DNA of 63,987 bases, filler included, from Neolecta irregularis DAH-3 (GCA_001929475.1; 20 parts of 20 records of this genome joined end to end with filler, not necessarily neighbours in it); one strand, 5' to 3'; shown: positions 1 to 11,934, numbered from the whole stretch's first letter. Translations and numbers: made by a program. The notes: generated by a model from the letters alone, not told the origin.

Positions 1-88
1 CCTGTACCACCCGCAGGCCGCCCAGGCACAAGCCGCCGCCGCCGCTGCCGCCGCCGCCGACGCCTATCCGCGCCAATCGCCCTCCCTC

Positions 89-823
89 ATGAGTCCCTTT
101 CTCGCCCGCGACGACCAGTACTCCCACCAGCCGCCCTCCGCCGCCGCAGCCTCCTACTACCCCGTCCGCCACAGCTCCTGGTACCCCTCCGCCGCCGCCG
201 CCGCCTCACCCTCCCCGCCCCACTTTTCCCAGTACAGCTCCTACAACCCCTCCACAAACACCCTCACCACCCCCACCGCAAAGATCCAGACCTTCAATTT
301 CGTCCCAATACCCAGTGCCCAGCCCTGCAAACGCCCCCGCAGAAGATACGACGAAATAGAGCGAATATACAAGTGTGGCTGGGAAGGCTGCGAAAAGGCT
401 TACGGCACCCTCAACCATCTCAACGCCCACGTCGCAATGCAAGGCCACGGCTGCAAACGCCTACCAGATGGTACCGCCCTCACTCTCCCACTGCTAATTC
501 TAGAATTCAAAGAAATAAGAGCCACCTGGAAAGCAAAGAAAAAAGCAGAAGAAGAGGCTCGCAAAAAAAAGGAAAAAGAAGATCGCGAGGCAATGGACGT
601 TGCTCGTTCACGCGGTGGCGTCGCTGGAGGCGCCGGCACCGGCGCCACTGGACAAGCCTCGTTGAATAACGGCGTTCCTTCCTCTTCCTCGAATCAACAA
701 AATATACAGTCTCACCATAGTTCCGTTGTCGGACTCCAACCTACCGCTTCTTCCATCCAACAATCTGCATATTCAACTTCTTCAGATCCGGCCGCTGCTG
801 CTTACTTTAGAGGACATTACTAA
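89..823 (+). CDS. Con7-like C2H2 zinc-finger transcription factor (probably 5'-truncated by window start; in-frame intron 471-503)
   Basis: Motif RPRRRYDEIERIYKCGWEGCEKAYGTLNHLNAHV...HG..R.P.EFKEIR..WK is typical of fungal Con7; removing the 33-nt GT..CTAATTCTAG intron gives PDEFKEIR. Confidence 0.85.
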   Translation: MSPFLARDDQYSHQPPSAAAASYYPVRHSSWYPSAAAAASPSPPHFSQYSSYNPSTNTLTTPTAKIQTFNFVPIPSAQPCKRPRRRYDEIERIYKCGWEGCEKAYGTLNHLNAHVAMQGHGCKRLPDGTALTLPLLILEFKEIRATWKAKKKAEEEARKKKEKEDREAMDVARSRGGVAGGAGTGATGQASLNNGVPSSSSNQQNIQSHHSSVVGLQPTASSIQQSAYSTSSDPAAAAYFRGHY

Positions 824-1103
824 AAATCCCTCTCCATTCCATTCCCCTTCCTCTTATTTTCTGTATGAATATGATTGATATCCGTCGACATTTATTGGTG
901 TGGTCCTGTTTTTTGTTTTTGTTTTTGTTTTTTTATATTTGGTTGGATGATGAGCCTTTTTTTTTTTTTCTCTGATTTTCTTTTGTTTGGTGTTGTGGTG
1001 CTATTTGATTGTAGCGCGGAATATGTAGATGGCGCTGATAGAGTATGTCTAATACATTGATAATGAATTGGTCTAGGGAATATCAAGTGATTAGTGGATT
1101 GAA

Positions 1104-1278
1104 GAGTTTATGCACCGTGAGTTTATTCGTTGATTGTGAATGCACCGCGAGTTTTGTGTCATGAGTTTTCGTATTAATTATGGATGAGCGTGGAGTTATT
1201 CGTATTAATTATGGATGAGCGTGGAGTTTATTCGTTGATTATGAATGAGTGTAGAGTTTATTCGTATTAATTAGTGAG
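1104..1278. repeat. Degenerate ~30-nt tandem repeat (GAGTTTATTCGTATTAATTATGGATGAGCGTG-like)
   Basis: Several imperfect copies read directly. Confidence 0.7.
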
Positions 1279-1327
1279 TGATCAATGGAATGAAGAGTTC
1301 ATTCAGAGCCACTCAGTTGTTCAGTAG

Positions 1328-1530
1328 TTCAATCGTTCAATCGTCAGTTCAGTCAATCAATCGTCAGTCGTCAGTCGTCAGTCGTCAGTCGTTCAATCGT
1401 CAGTCAATCAATCGGCAGTCGTCAGTCGTTCAATCGTCAGTCAATCAATCGTCAGTCAATCAATCGTCAGTCGTCAGTCGTCAGTCGTTCAATCGTCTGT
1501 CAATCAATCGTCATTCGCCAGTCGTCAGTC
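1328..1530. repeat. Compound microsatellite built from TCAGTCG / TCAATCG / TCAA units
   Basis: Dense run of 4-7 nt units; produces the spurious SSVVSRQ-repeat ORF. Confidence 0.85.
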
Positions 1531-1580
1531 CCCCAATTCACTCACAGTTCACTCAATCATTCTCAATCACTCACCCGCTC

Positions 1581-2165
1581 ATGACAGAATCGTCAATCTG
1601 TTTTTCTTCCTTATTATCCTTTACACAACAAGTCGTACAAGAAAATATTCAGCTACGTAGCCACCTAGGCCACCTCCTCTCCCCAGATCTCCCGTCCCAA
1701 TGCGACTTTTACAAACTACAAGTATCAAAATTGGAAAAATTACTCCTGAAACAAACAAACAATTGGTCTGCCAACAGAGAAATATATTGGGAGGAATACA
1801 TTCGCAAATTACACACAGTATGCTCCTTGAATACTTTCTTTTGACCCCTAGATGCTCGACCAAGATCTTTTGTCTGAAAATACTGCACTCCAATATAAAT
1901 TAACTCAACTCGAAGAGTCAAAGTCAAAAGGAAATATAGACACCGCAGAGTTTACCAAAGACAAAGTCCAAATCACCACAAAACAATACAAAAATCTAAT
2001 AAACGAAATGCTATTTTACAAACGGTACGTTCTAAAACAACCATTCTAATCCAAGTCAACGAGATCTCCTTTCAGAAAAATTAACGGCAAAAGTCGTCTT
2101 TTGAATATTCAAAAACTAATATCTCAGGAAAATTCAATTCGTAAACTCGTTTCTGAAATCAGTAA
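1581..2165 (+). CDS. Hypothetical coiled-coil protein, about 3 exons
   Basis: ORF pieces MTESSICF..., MLDQDLLSEN... joined by GTATGC..CCCTAG and GTACGT..CTAATCCAAG introns; 3' end approximate. Confidence 0.5.
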
Positions 2166-2284
2166 ACTTGAAAAAGAGGATAGTAAAACAAGATACGCAT
2201 ATGATGAATTATTAATTGCATACAAAAAGATAAAACAATATGTTCAGATAAATAATAAAACAGAAAAATAAAACCGTTATTACA

Positions 2285-2392
2285 GTGGATTAAAAAGGAC
2301 AATAAATCTTTTTCGAGGTTCATATGAGGCTTGTTCATAAGTTGAAGCCTCATATGAACCTCGAAAAAGATTTATTGTCCCTTTTAATCCAC
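2285..2392. repeat. 48-bp inverted repeat (1 mismatch, 12-nt loop) overlapping the RMP1 start
   Basis: 2285-2332 is the reverse complement of 2345-2392. Confidence 0.9.
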
Positions 2393-2776
2393 CATAATAA
2401 AAATCAGCATAGGAGGGCTAGATTTTTTAGGTATGTGAGGATGCTTGGACGGAATTTAGAGCGGCCTGAAAGGTTGAAGAGGATTATACCTAGTGCTACA
2501 AAGTCATTTGAAGAGTTGTTAGAGTTGGGTGAATACCCTGGTTTAGCTATCGCGCTTCTAGGCTGTACCGCGAGAATATGGTCGATGATTAATTTGGACA
2601 GAGGCTACGGCGAGGGGGAGATGACTAGACCGAAAAGTGACACCAAAGGGAGGATGACTATCTTGACAAACGATCACGACGGGGTGACGATTATCTCTAC
2701 AGATGAGGCCCGGGGAACGACTACTATCCCTACAGATGACGCCGAGGATTTTGGACAAGTTGTTCAACGGCCATGA
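2354..2776 (+). CDS. RMP1: RNase MRP protein subunit Rmp1
   Basis: LLIHHNKNQHRRARFF motif plus downstream G.Y..LAIALLG..ARIW and acidic tail EDFGQVV. Confidence 0.75.
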   Translation: MNLEKDLLSLLIHHNKNQHRRARFFRYVRMLGRNLERPERLKRIIPSATKSFEELLELGEYPGLAIALLGCTARIWSMINLDRGYGEGEMTRPKSDTKGRMTILTNDHDGVTIISTDEARGTTTIPTDDAEDFGQVVQRP

Positions 2777-3509
2777 TTGATCAGCTTGTCACACTCTGAC
2801 CCATGTAGGATAACCTTGGTATCAACTATGTGAAATCTTGCTTCACAATCGGCTAATTACTAGACCCACCTCCGAGTACCCTATCAACATGTATCTTCAT
2901 CTACCCTGCTGAATCGTGTGATTATCCTTTGACAAACGTTGTCCTTATCACAAATGACGTTTATTCTGATCACGGCATTCGTTATCAAAAGTCGTCTGAT
3001 CTCTTTAGAAGTTTACTGTATTGTCTGGCGTCTTTGTCTCATGAAACCAATCACAGCTCGATTCCTTGCCCTTCTTCCACCCAATCAAAAGTAAATCTCT
3101 ATTATCGTCCAATCAAAGCTTGTATCCCAAAATACATTCACCCCCAAAATTAAATATTCTTCCAATCACAAGCTTGAGAGGCATCACATGAAACGTTCCA
3201 TTTTTATCCTGAGAATTGGGAAATTACAAGTTTCTTGGCTTTCCAAGGAACATCCATCATGGAAAATGGTAGAAATGGTCATGAAACTCGTTCCAATAGC
3301 TTTCAAATTGTGCAAGTTGTATACGTCAGTTCAATAAATAGGGTCAAAATATCTTTTTTGATGAGATATTTTTCAAGAAAGGCACGAGCCAGTGCCAAAT
3401 TGCAAACTAGAGACGTGAAGAGAATAGTCGCAGATTAATCAAGGGATTCGTTTCATCTAGTATGGCAGTCTAGACGTTGAGATCGACAAAAAGTGCAAGT
3501 ACTTGGTCA

Positions 3510-3860
3510 AAGTACAATAAGACTCTGTTTTATTCTAACCTAAGAATGTGAACTTGGTTAAATGTGAACTTGGTTATACGCGTGATCCTACAAGACTACA
3601 TACCCCAATAATGTCCGAAAATAAGATAATGTATTCATGTGTATGGTAAGAACTATTGTTCTTACAAAAATCTTGTGTCTTACTACCGCCAAACTTTATG
3701 ATAATTGAGAGACCGATTGTATGCTGATCACATAATGGTCACTCCGCCCATGTAAGTGATCGCCGGAAGTACAATAAGACTCGGTTCTATAATCTAACCT
3801 AATTGCGGGAACTTCTAATATACAGGGAGTATACCTAACCTAAGTGCGGGAACTTGGTTA
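3510..3860. repeat. Imperfect direct repeats (AAGTACAATAAGACTC; CTAACCTAAG..GAACTTGGTTA), likely transposon-derived
   Basis: AAGTACAATAAGACTC copies at 3510 and 3767; GAACTTGGTTA recurs. Confidence 0.5.
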
Positions 3861-4013
3861 GGTATGCGTCATCATGCAAGTTAATATACTGCCAATATTG
3901 AATGTCCGCAATATTGATAACATCTTCACGTGCGGTAAGGACTTATGTCCTTACAGCCCAAGTTCTCACAGGATTACAGCCCCTAAGTCAAATGAACCAG
4001 TGGATGCAGGTCA

Positions 4014-4112
4014 GACTTGCTTGCTTGCATATTTCAGCCCTTTGGACTTGTTTGCTTGGACTTACTTGGTATTTTACTTGCATACTTGGACTAGTTTGGA
4101 TGGACTTGTTTG
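4014..4112. repeat. GGACTT(G/A)CTT low-complexity repeat; related sequence at 36072-36140
   Basis: Shared TTGGACTTACTT motifs at two contig ends. Confidence 0.45.
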
Positions 4113-4133
4113 ATAAATTTTTACAGTGTGTCC

Positions 4134-4233
4134 NNNNNNNNNNNNNNNNNNNNNNNNNNNNNNNNNNNNNNNNNNNNTTAATTAATTAANNNNNNNNNNN
4201 NNNNNNNNNNNNNNNNNNNNNNNNNNNNNNNNN
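4134..4233. other. Artificial contig linker (N44-TTAATTAATTAA-N44), first of 19; others start at 5701, 16119, 18519, 19666, 21608, 22942, 32003, 33138, 34425, 35972, 38548, 40034, 44098, 45953, 48537, 55593, 61536, 62790
   Basis: Identical 100-nt blocks with a six-frame stop palindrome. Confidence 0.99.
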
Positions 4234-4410
4234 GACACACTGATACTAATACTGATATGATATTGATACAGATACTCGAATCGGAATATAAGACTTATAG
4301 TCCTCATACTCATACGCTTATCATAGTATATCGCTACGTAGTGTATCTATAAAAGACCCAGGTAGTGAAGTGTAAAAGCATAATAACCAAACCAACCACC
4401 ATTCGAATCC

Positions 4411-5577
4411 ATGCTCCCTTCCAGCAGTGCCGACTCTTTTCTCTGGCCCATCTTTGATTCCATTTACTCCAGAATTGCTTCCCATAATACAGCATCTTTT
4501 GCATTTATTCCCGGCGAGACGCTCTTATCCACCAATTCCAAGGTAGCTGCAGCCATCGTCTCCTACTATGCCCTCATTTTCGGGGGGCAGGCCCTAATGC
4601 GCAATGTGGCTCCAATGCCGCTCAAACGCCTTTTCCAGCTCCATAATTTCGTTCTAACTGTTATCTCGGCTATCCTGCTGCTTCTTTTTCTCGAACAGCT
4701 TATCCCCATCCTCTACTCGCACGGAATCTTGTACGCTATATGCAGTAATGAGGCATGGACACAGGAACTCCTCGTCCTCTACTACGTATTAATGCTCAAT
4801 TCCCATATACTTACCTCCAGATGAACTATCTCACTAAATACGTACTCGCCCTCTCTCCTATCCTCCTCATCCCCCCAGGTCGAACTCTTAGACACCGCCT
4901 TTTTAGTCCTGAAAAAGAAAAAACTCAGTATACCCAATTATCCTTCCTCCGCTCATCCTAGCCTTTCTACATCCCTATCATCATGGCGCTACTGCCGTCC
5001 TCTGCTACAGTCAGCTTCTTGGACATACTTCTGTTGTACGTCTCCCTACTGACACTTCTGATCCCCAGTCTTGGGTCCCAGTCGTCCTTAATCTCGCCGT
5101 CCACGTCTTAATGGTACTCCTCTCTCCAACCATCTAACCCAAAGTATTGGTACTACTTTTTGTCCTCTAGAGGCATTTCCGTCTGGTGGAAAGAATGGGT
5201 CACCAGAGCCCAAATCATCCAATTCGTCATAGATCTTGGTACACACCCACTTGCCTTCATTTCTTACCCTAGCTTTCGTCTACTTTGCAACTTATACGTA
5301 TTAATTTGTTTAATCCCCATTGACTCGTAGATACTTTGCCTCCACCAGATGGCCTTGGCTCCCAAACGCCGGAATGTGCGCAGGCGAAGAATACGCAGCA
5401 ATTATTGGTTGCTCACTCCTCTCAAGCTACCTCCTCCTATTCATCTCTTTCTACATCGCAACCTACACTAAAGCTCGAACCCGCTTTAAGACTCCAAATA
5501 AAACCCGTAATGGATATTATAATAAACCTTACATCACAAAAGGAGACCTCTGCATTAATGGAAAGACAGTCACCTAG
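4411..5577 (+). CDS. Fatty-acid elongase (ELO/GNS1/SUR4 family), 8 exons
   Basis: Spliced motifs [53 protein letters not shown]; 7 short GT-AG introns. Confidence 0.93.
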
Positions 5578-5800
5578 ACTACATATTTCGTCGCCGATTT
5601 GTGCGTATAAATTATATCACGGACAAATCTTTTTGTAAATGGCATTTTTACGCGCTCTAATTCAGAAAGAATAGAATTTATCCTATCCTTTACGTCACAA
5701 NNNNNNNNNNNNNNNNNNNNNNNNNNNNNNNNNNNNNNNNNNNNTTAATTAATTAANNNNNNNNNNNNNNNNNNNNNNNNNNNNNNNNNNNNNNNNNNNN

Positions 5801-6282
5801 TATATAAAACGGGGCTTAGCTTAGCTTTTCCTTTTTTAACCTACAGCGTGTACTGGAAGGAAGTATGTTGAGTTCTACAGGTATATAGAACATTCCCCGC
5901 CCCTCTTTCTTTTTAACCAAGAACATCAAAATATATCAAAGATCAAAAGCACAACTTTAAGACCCCTATCCGTCACTACCCTCCCCTTCACCACCTTCAA
6001 CAGTCGCTCTACATCCATCCTTTTTCGTGACTCTGACCCTTGGGACGGATTCTGCGCGACATATATAAAGAGTTACTGTGGACCATACCTAGCTGAGTTC
6101 TCGTATCTAAAGCTAGGTATGATCCCGGGAATTCTCGTTACTAAAGCTAGACAATATACCCTAGTCTTATTCGTACTCGAGGCCTTCATCTTAAACTAAG
6201 ACAGAGCTACGGTATTTCAAACGCCGAAACTAAAGATCAATGGGTATTACGGGGCTACTTGTCAGGAACCAATCTGCCATGA
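5801..6282 (+). CDS. Possible 3' part of a multi-exon hypothetical gene, truncated by contig start
   Basis: Several short GT..AG intron-like segments with branch points; no recognised domain. Confidence 0.3.
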
Positions 6283-6981
6283 ACCAGTCATCCCGTTTAA
6301 AAAGATCAAAGTTCCGGTTATTCTTGCTTTTCAGTCTGCTATCTTGGTAAATATTGTTCCAAATGCACCACTGACCTTTCAAAACGTATTCCCAGCATTA
6401 AGTCTAACCTTGAGTGTCAATTTTGTTTCATGATAAACAAAGCCGCGTCTAAAAATTCCTTTGACCGTAGTGCCTGGATCCACTCACCTTCCTTGGTTAC
6501 CACAATGCGTGCATGCTGATCACGACCTCCTAGGACAAATCCATTGAATGACAATTTACCAACTTTCATGTCTGTGCCACTGCGTCCGAGCCGTTCTTAG
6601 GCTCTGACGGAGCCTTTGTACCTACTTTTCGCGACCGAATAATACTTCCAAAAAAAGAGAAAGTGCCTGTTCTCTATGGAGAGTGGACATTTGCGCTTAG
6701 TTAAAAAAAAAGGCGATGCCGAATTAACTTTAGCTGTCGAATCATAACATATCTATTGAAATGCCTTACAACAAAGGACTCAAACACGGAGTTGGCTATT
6801 GAAGGTCCGCCTTGCAATCATCTTTCATCGGATGGTTCCTGGCTGCATGGCTTCTCTCAATACGATCCAAGCAGCTCAAAGTATGTTTCCTTTGATATCT
6901 GAGCTATAAATGTATCAGCAAGACTATAAATATTGGCCTTCGATGCCAGCATAACAGTCAATATTCACACTTTAGCCACCA

Positions 6982-8156
6982 GTGATGAGCAAAACACCAA
7001 CTGCAGGACATGAAACGAAACGAAACAGTCAACCCCTCCTTTCGAGTCGCGAGTTTGCTGACTGGGCTAATTCTAATCCATCTTCTCGAATTCACAAGTC
7101 ACTGAAGCCCGATATTCGAACTTCATCCTATCGGGATCTTCTAGGCGGAAATCTTCGCTTCGTCTTTGGACCGATGAATCCCAACGATGAAGCTTGCCTT
7201 GAACGATACTTTCTTGAGAACATCCCAGATACTCCATCAATTCAACAGGAATCAAGGTTAATCCTTGAGCACTTGATTTTGGCTGGAATGGACCCCGATG
7301 GCCATGCCGTTAACAGTTTTCAGAATATATTTTGGCCAATGTTTCAAATAATCATTCGAGAATACCTACATTTGCTGGAATATTCGTGCGTTTGTCCTTT
7401 GATGATACTGATGAAACAGTAATGACCGTCAATGGAATGACAGCAATCTTCCGCTTCTAGCTGAAGGGCAATCTGTTCTCACAGCACCGAGGCCAATGAT
7501 GACTCTTGTCCCGCGTCTTAGCCCAAGCGCCATTCCTGTTCTTAAATTCGCTCTTCGAGGAAAATGTCTTGGTGCTGCTGATAACAGTGAGAGTATTATA
7601 TTTCCATTTTTCGTCGCCGAAATGAAAAGGTAGGCTTTTACGCAGATCGCGCAATCTCATAGATAGATTTGGCTCAGGCTCAACCTTGTCGTATCCGGAG
7701 AACCAAGTTTTCGCTGAAATTTCCAAAATGTTGCACCTCTATCAAGCAGCAGGGATCTTCAATTCTCAAATATTTGGTCTCGCCGCCGTGGGCTCCACCT
7801 TTGCTGTTTATACAGGACATCTCGTTCTCATAAATCCGGCTGCTCAACCCCTTCTGCAGTTCGAAGTATTTGCATTAGCATCTCCCTTAGCTCATTGGTA
7901 GACTCATATTCGATGTGTTTACCGCGAAGATGTTCTCAAAAAGGAACATACCCTTCCGATTGGTCGTAAAATAACAGAAAAGTTTACAGAAGACGTTTCC
8001 CTTTCCAAGCTTTGCACTCTGCTTGTCAGTCTGCGCAGCTTGATTGGTGAAGCTGCTAAGCATAATCTAAATCTCATCGAAGCGAAGATTTTAGATTACA
8101 ATGTTGCAAAGAAGGCATTTGATGTTCGGAAAGGTGAAAAGAAAGGACAGCAATAA
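6982..8156 (+). CDS. Hypothetical protein, about 3 exons
   Basis: Open frames linked by GTGCGT..CTGATGAAACAG and GTATTT..CTCATTGGTAG introns. Confidence 0.5.
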
Positions 8157-8598
8157 CAGTTGATCGCATTGTGTGCATGATATAGACTTGGCATTTATAA
8201 TTCTTCTATACACACGTTATCGCGATCTTCATAAGTGGCATCAAAGCCTGTCCTCAAGTTAGTCCAATCTCCGGTATACATCTAAAGATAAAAATTGAAA
8301 GGAAACCTTGGCCAAATCTTCCTGAGAACATGAATGACCATCTTATTTTGACATGCCATAAATCTGGTCTCTTTCTCGCTTAAAAAATATCCTTCCTTTC
8401 TTTGAAAACACGAGACTTGTTCAAAACGCTCCGGATGTAGAGGCCTTAAAGTTAGATCTCTATCTTGCTCAGTTATCGATTAAGGAAAGGAAAGTATTGT
8501 ATTTACGGGTTTCAGTATGAAATGTTCATAGCTATTAAAACATGACCGAAAATTATGATCTACTCAACACCCTACTAAGTTTCGCCCAAAACCTAGTA

Positions 8599-11347
8599 CT
8601 ACTTCTTTTTGGCCCTTTGCTTAAATAGTGGATGGTGCTCCTTTTTCTCCTTTGTCTTGAGAATTTTGTTTTTGCTTTTATTCATCTCTGCATATACCAT
8701 ATCGGCTCCCCCTGACAAATCATTGAGATTGCCCGCTGTTCGTCGATACTTAGAGGCAGAAGAGGAAATCCCGCTCCCTGTTTTCTTTGTCGAGACAGAT
8801 GACTCCCCCCTATCTATATCTGCGGCTGATTCGTTTTGCATAAGAACTTCCTGTAAGAGTTCTCGACGATCATGAGGTGTGTTAAATGCGAGATTAGGCA
8901 GGTCCTCGAGTCCTGTGAGAGAAGTGATGACCTTAAAGCTATAGCCTTGATCGACAAGGAAAGCTTGACGTTTGGTTGAATAAAACATTTCCTGTGTATC
9001 TTTTGAGACAAGGCAAAATATAAGCGCATTTTCACTTATGGAAAGGGATACCTGTAAAAGAAGGCATTAAATCCCTCGTCATTCCTTCTCTTCGCCCTTA
9101 AGATTCGGCCCAATCGCTGTGCCTCCTGTCTTCGAGATCCATAATGCGAGGATATCTGAATCAAACAAGTGGCTTCGGGCAAGTCAAGGCTGGTGTCTCC
9201 TATCTTGGAGAGAAATATTGTATTCACTAGTTCATTGTTCTGGAAGTTCTCAAGAACAGTGACCCGCTCAGCTTGAGAGGTCCCTCCGTGAAGAAATGGT
9301 TTTCCGAGTTTACGAGCATAGTGTTGAAGCGCAAAAACGTTATCACTGAACACGATTATCTTATCGCCACGACTTTCGTGATAATGAATCAGGAATTGGC
9401 AAGCCTGAACTCTGATCGTTGTTAAATACAGAAGGGACAAAGCAGCACACTTTCGAGGGTTCATAATCCACAATAACATTCTTTTCCTTGATTTTTCGAT
9501 TAAATATTCCTTATAAAATTCTGGAGTCATTGGACACCATACTTCGGCACACTGCTGGTCAGGATAAATATTGGTCAAGTTTTACCTGCACGTTTGCAAT
9601 GTGGCCTTTTTGGGCCAGATCCATCCAATTTGCCTCATACAGCTTCGGGCCAATAAGGAAATTCAAATCGGTAATTTTTTCATCTTCACGAACGAGCGTA
9701 GCTGTTAGTCCAAGTTTTGCGTGTGTTGCCACAGACGTAATGACCCTCCGAAACATCATCGCTGGCACGACATGTACTTCGTCTAATAGAAGAAATCCCC
9801 ATTCGCGAGACTGAAGGAAATCCATCATCTTCTGAGAGTCGTGACTTCGTTGACGGGTGTTTGCTACCATGGAGTATGTCGAAATTACGATACCGGCTTC
9901 GCCTTTGAACTACAAGTAAAAGATAACTATCCCATATGTAGCAAACTTACCCTTTCTTTGCTTTCAGCTGTGAATGTGGAGATGGATTCTGGTTTAATAT
10001 TCGACCACTGAATAAACTGTTGCCGCCACTGAAGACATGAAACCCTAGTACTTAGGCTGGGTTATCTTGCAGCAACATACGATGAGGTACAGAGCACAAG
10101 AACACTCTTTTTTATCGTACAAGCCGCTGTGATCCCAACTAGTGTCTTCCCTGCACCGCACGGCAATACAATAATCCCGCTTCTCGCCCGCCCATTTCCA
10201 AACATTTTACTTAAGCTCTTTTCTTGATAGGGACGAATCTGAGTTGCTGGTTTAAGGTCAATTTCAAGATCTGGATTTCGCTCGTCATTTCGGAAATCGT
10301 ATTCTTCTAGCATCGGGAAGTTTATTTCGGCGCTTCGCTTTTTGACTTCCTCAACTGATTCCTGAGCTACTTCGAAAGAGTGAACTGCATCTGGATCTTC
10401 GTCTTCTTCGTCCGCTGATTAATTAGCATACCTCGAAGGACCATATCGGACCCCGGTCTATTCCAACCACTGCTGTAAATATGTCTTCTGCGGATTTCTC
10501 TATTTCGCCATCTCTCTTCGTTCCTGGAATGACCAACTTTCCAAGCGTCGGTTTGGGAGCTGTTGTGAGAGTCGCATCTGACTCTATTCTTAATGGGCCA
10601 ATTGTGGAATCTCGTAATAACTGCTGAAGGACTTTGGCGCTGGTACTCTCAACAAAGTATCGATTGTGTTTCAACACAAGCTTTACTTTTCCAACAGTAT
10701 CCGTATTATCTCTAATAAATTTGATAAGATCTTCATGTAAGGGGCTTTTCGAGAGGCGATTTAAAACTAGAATAATGTCTTTAGGTTCTAGACCTACTGA
10801 AACCGCAGCGTACAAGGAAAATGGTGTTAGTCGATATTCGTGGATATGAGATGGTCGGGAAACAGGTTCCGCGATGGTTGTTAGGAAGTCTTGTGCTTGC
10901 TCAGCTAGCGGGCTGAAAGATTCGAGAATGATTGTTCCGTTATGTGGATCAATCCAAAGAGGACGAGAGTAGTGGTCGGGCTTAAGTTGTAGGTACGAGA
11001 AGTCATGGTTCCTACAAAATAAGTCTCAAGGTGAATTCAATTGTTGACCCAAAGTAATGCGAGACGTAGTCTCTTTCGGGATTTTTTCCATTCGCATTGA
11101 ACCTCACTTTAATGCCTAAATTTCAGTTCCCAGCGCGCAGCATCTCAAATACGAGTAGTGACTGGGTTATCTCTAGAAGAACTTTCATCGTCGCTAATTA
11201 CGTCGTCGTAATTGAATATTTCATCTTCCTCGTCTTCTTCAACCTCCTGAATTTTTTGCTTCTTTAATTTCAAGATTATAGTGCCTAGTTAAATTAGCAA
11301 CAAGGAATATATCGCGATATACTGGAAGTTGACCGCTTTGGAGGCAT
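8599..11347 (-). CDS. SSL2: TFIIH 3'-5' DNA helicase XPB
   Basis: [52 protein letters not shown]; multi-exon, starts MPPKRSTS. Confidence 0.97.
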
Positions 11348-11934
11348 CGGTCGAGGTCAATTCATAATCGACCTTTTACAAAAATCAGGTTCTACCATCA
11401 ACATGACATTTAAAGAACCTTGATATGTATATTCCTACGTCATGTCCGATTATGATTTCCGGAAACCAGGCGTTGTATTAAACTCCATTCTTCGTATATT
11501 TAATTCGCTTCAGGGGCAAGTCCCATTCCACCGATCCTCTTAATCAGCAAGTTCATGTGATTACTTATTGTGTCCAAGTTGATGCGATATGTGGTTCTCC
11601 CTAACACCTTACTTTTTATGGAATACTATGAGATTTAAATACTATCGATTTGTTCAATGTTTTATGTTCACTTTTGCAATTTTTATTCCTTGATCTCCTT
11701 GCTGTGATGACAGTAACTACAATTGAAATATATAAAAGCAAGCGAGGCATATCTAATCTAAACTCTAAGGTCTACTTAACTTAGATTAGGAAATATTCCG
11801 TTCGAGAATGCCCTGTAACAAATATCAACCAGTGTATTTTTCAAAGCATATTTGAAGAGCTACATATAAAGGATCTGGAACTACTTGGTATGTTTCCTGT
11901 GGGGGTTATGGGGTAACTTGCAGACAATGTAAGT

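Noticed and set aside
1278-1580. SSVVSRQ-repeat N-terminus of the 188-aa ORF
   Set aside because: Translation of a microsatellite from a GTG start; the plausible start is ATG 1581
2159-2353. Minus-strand ORF resembling a second RMP1
   Set aside because: Only about 13 codons match, through the inverted repeat; the rest is AT-rich noise
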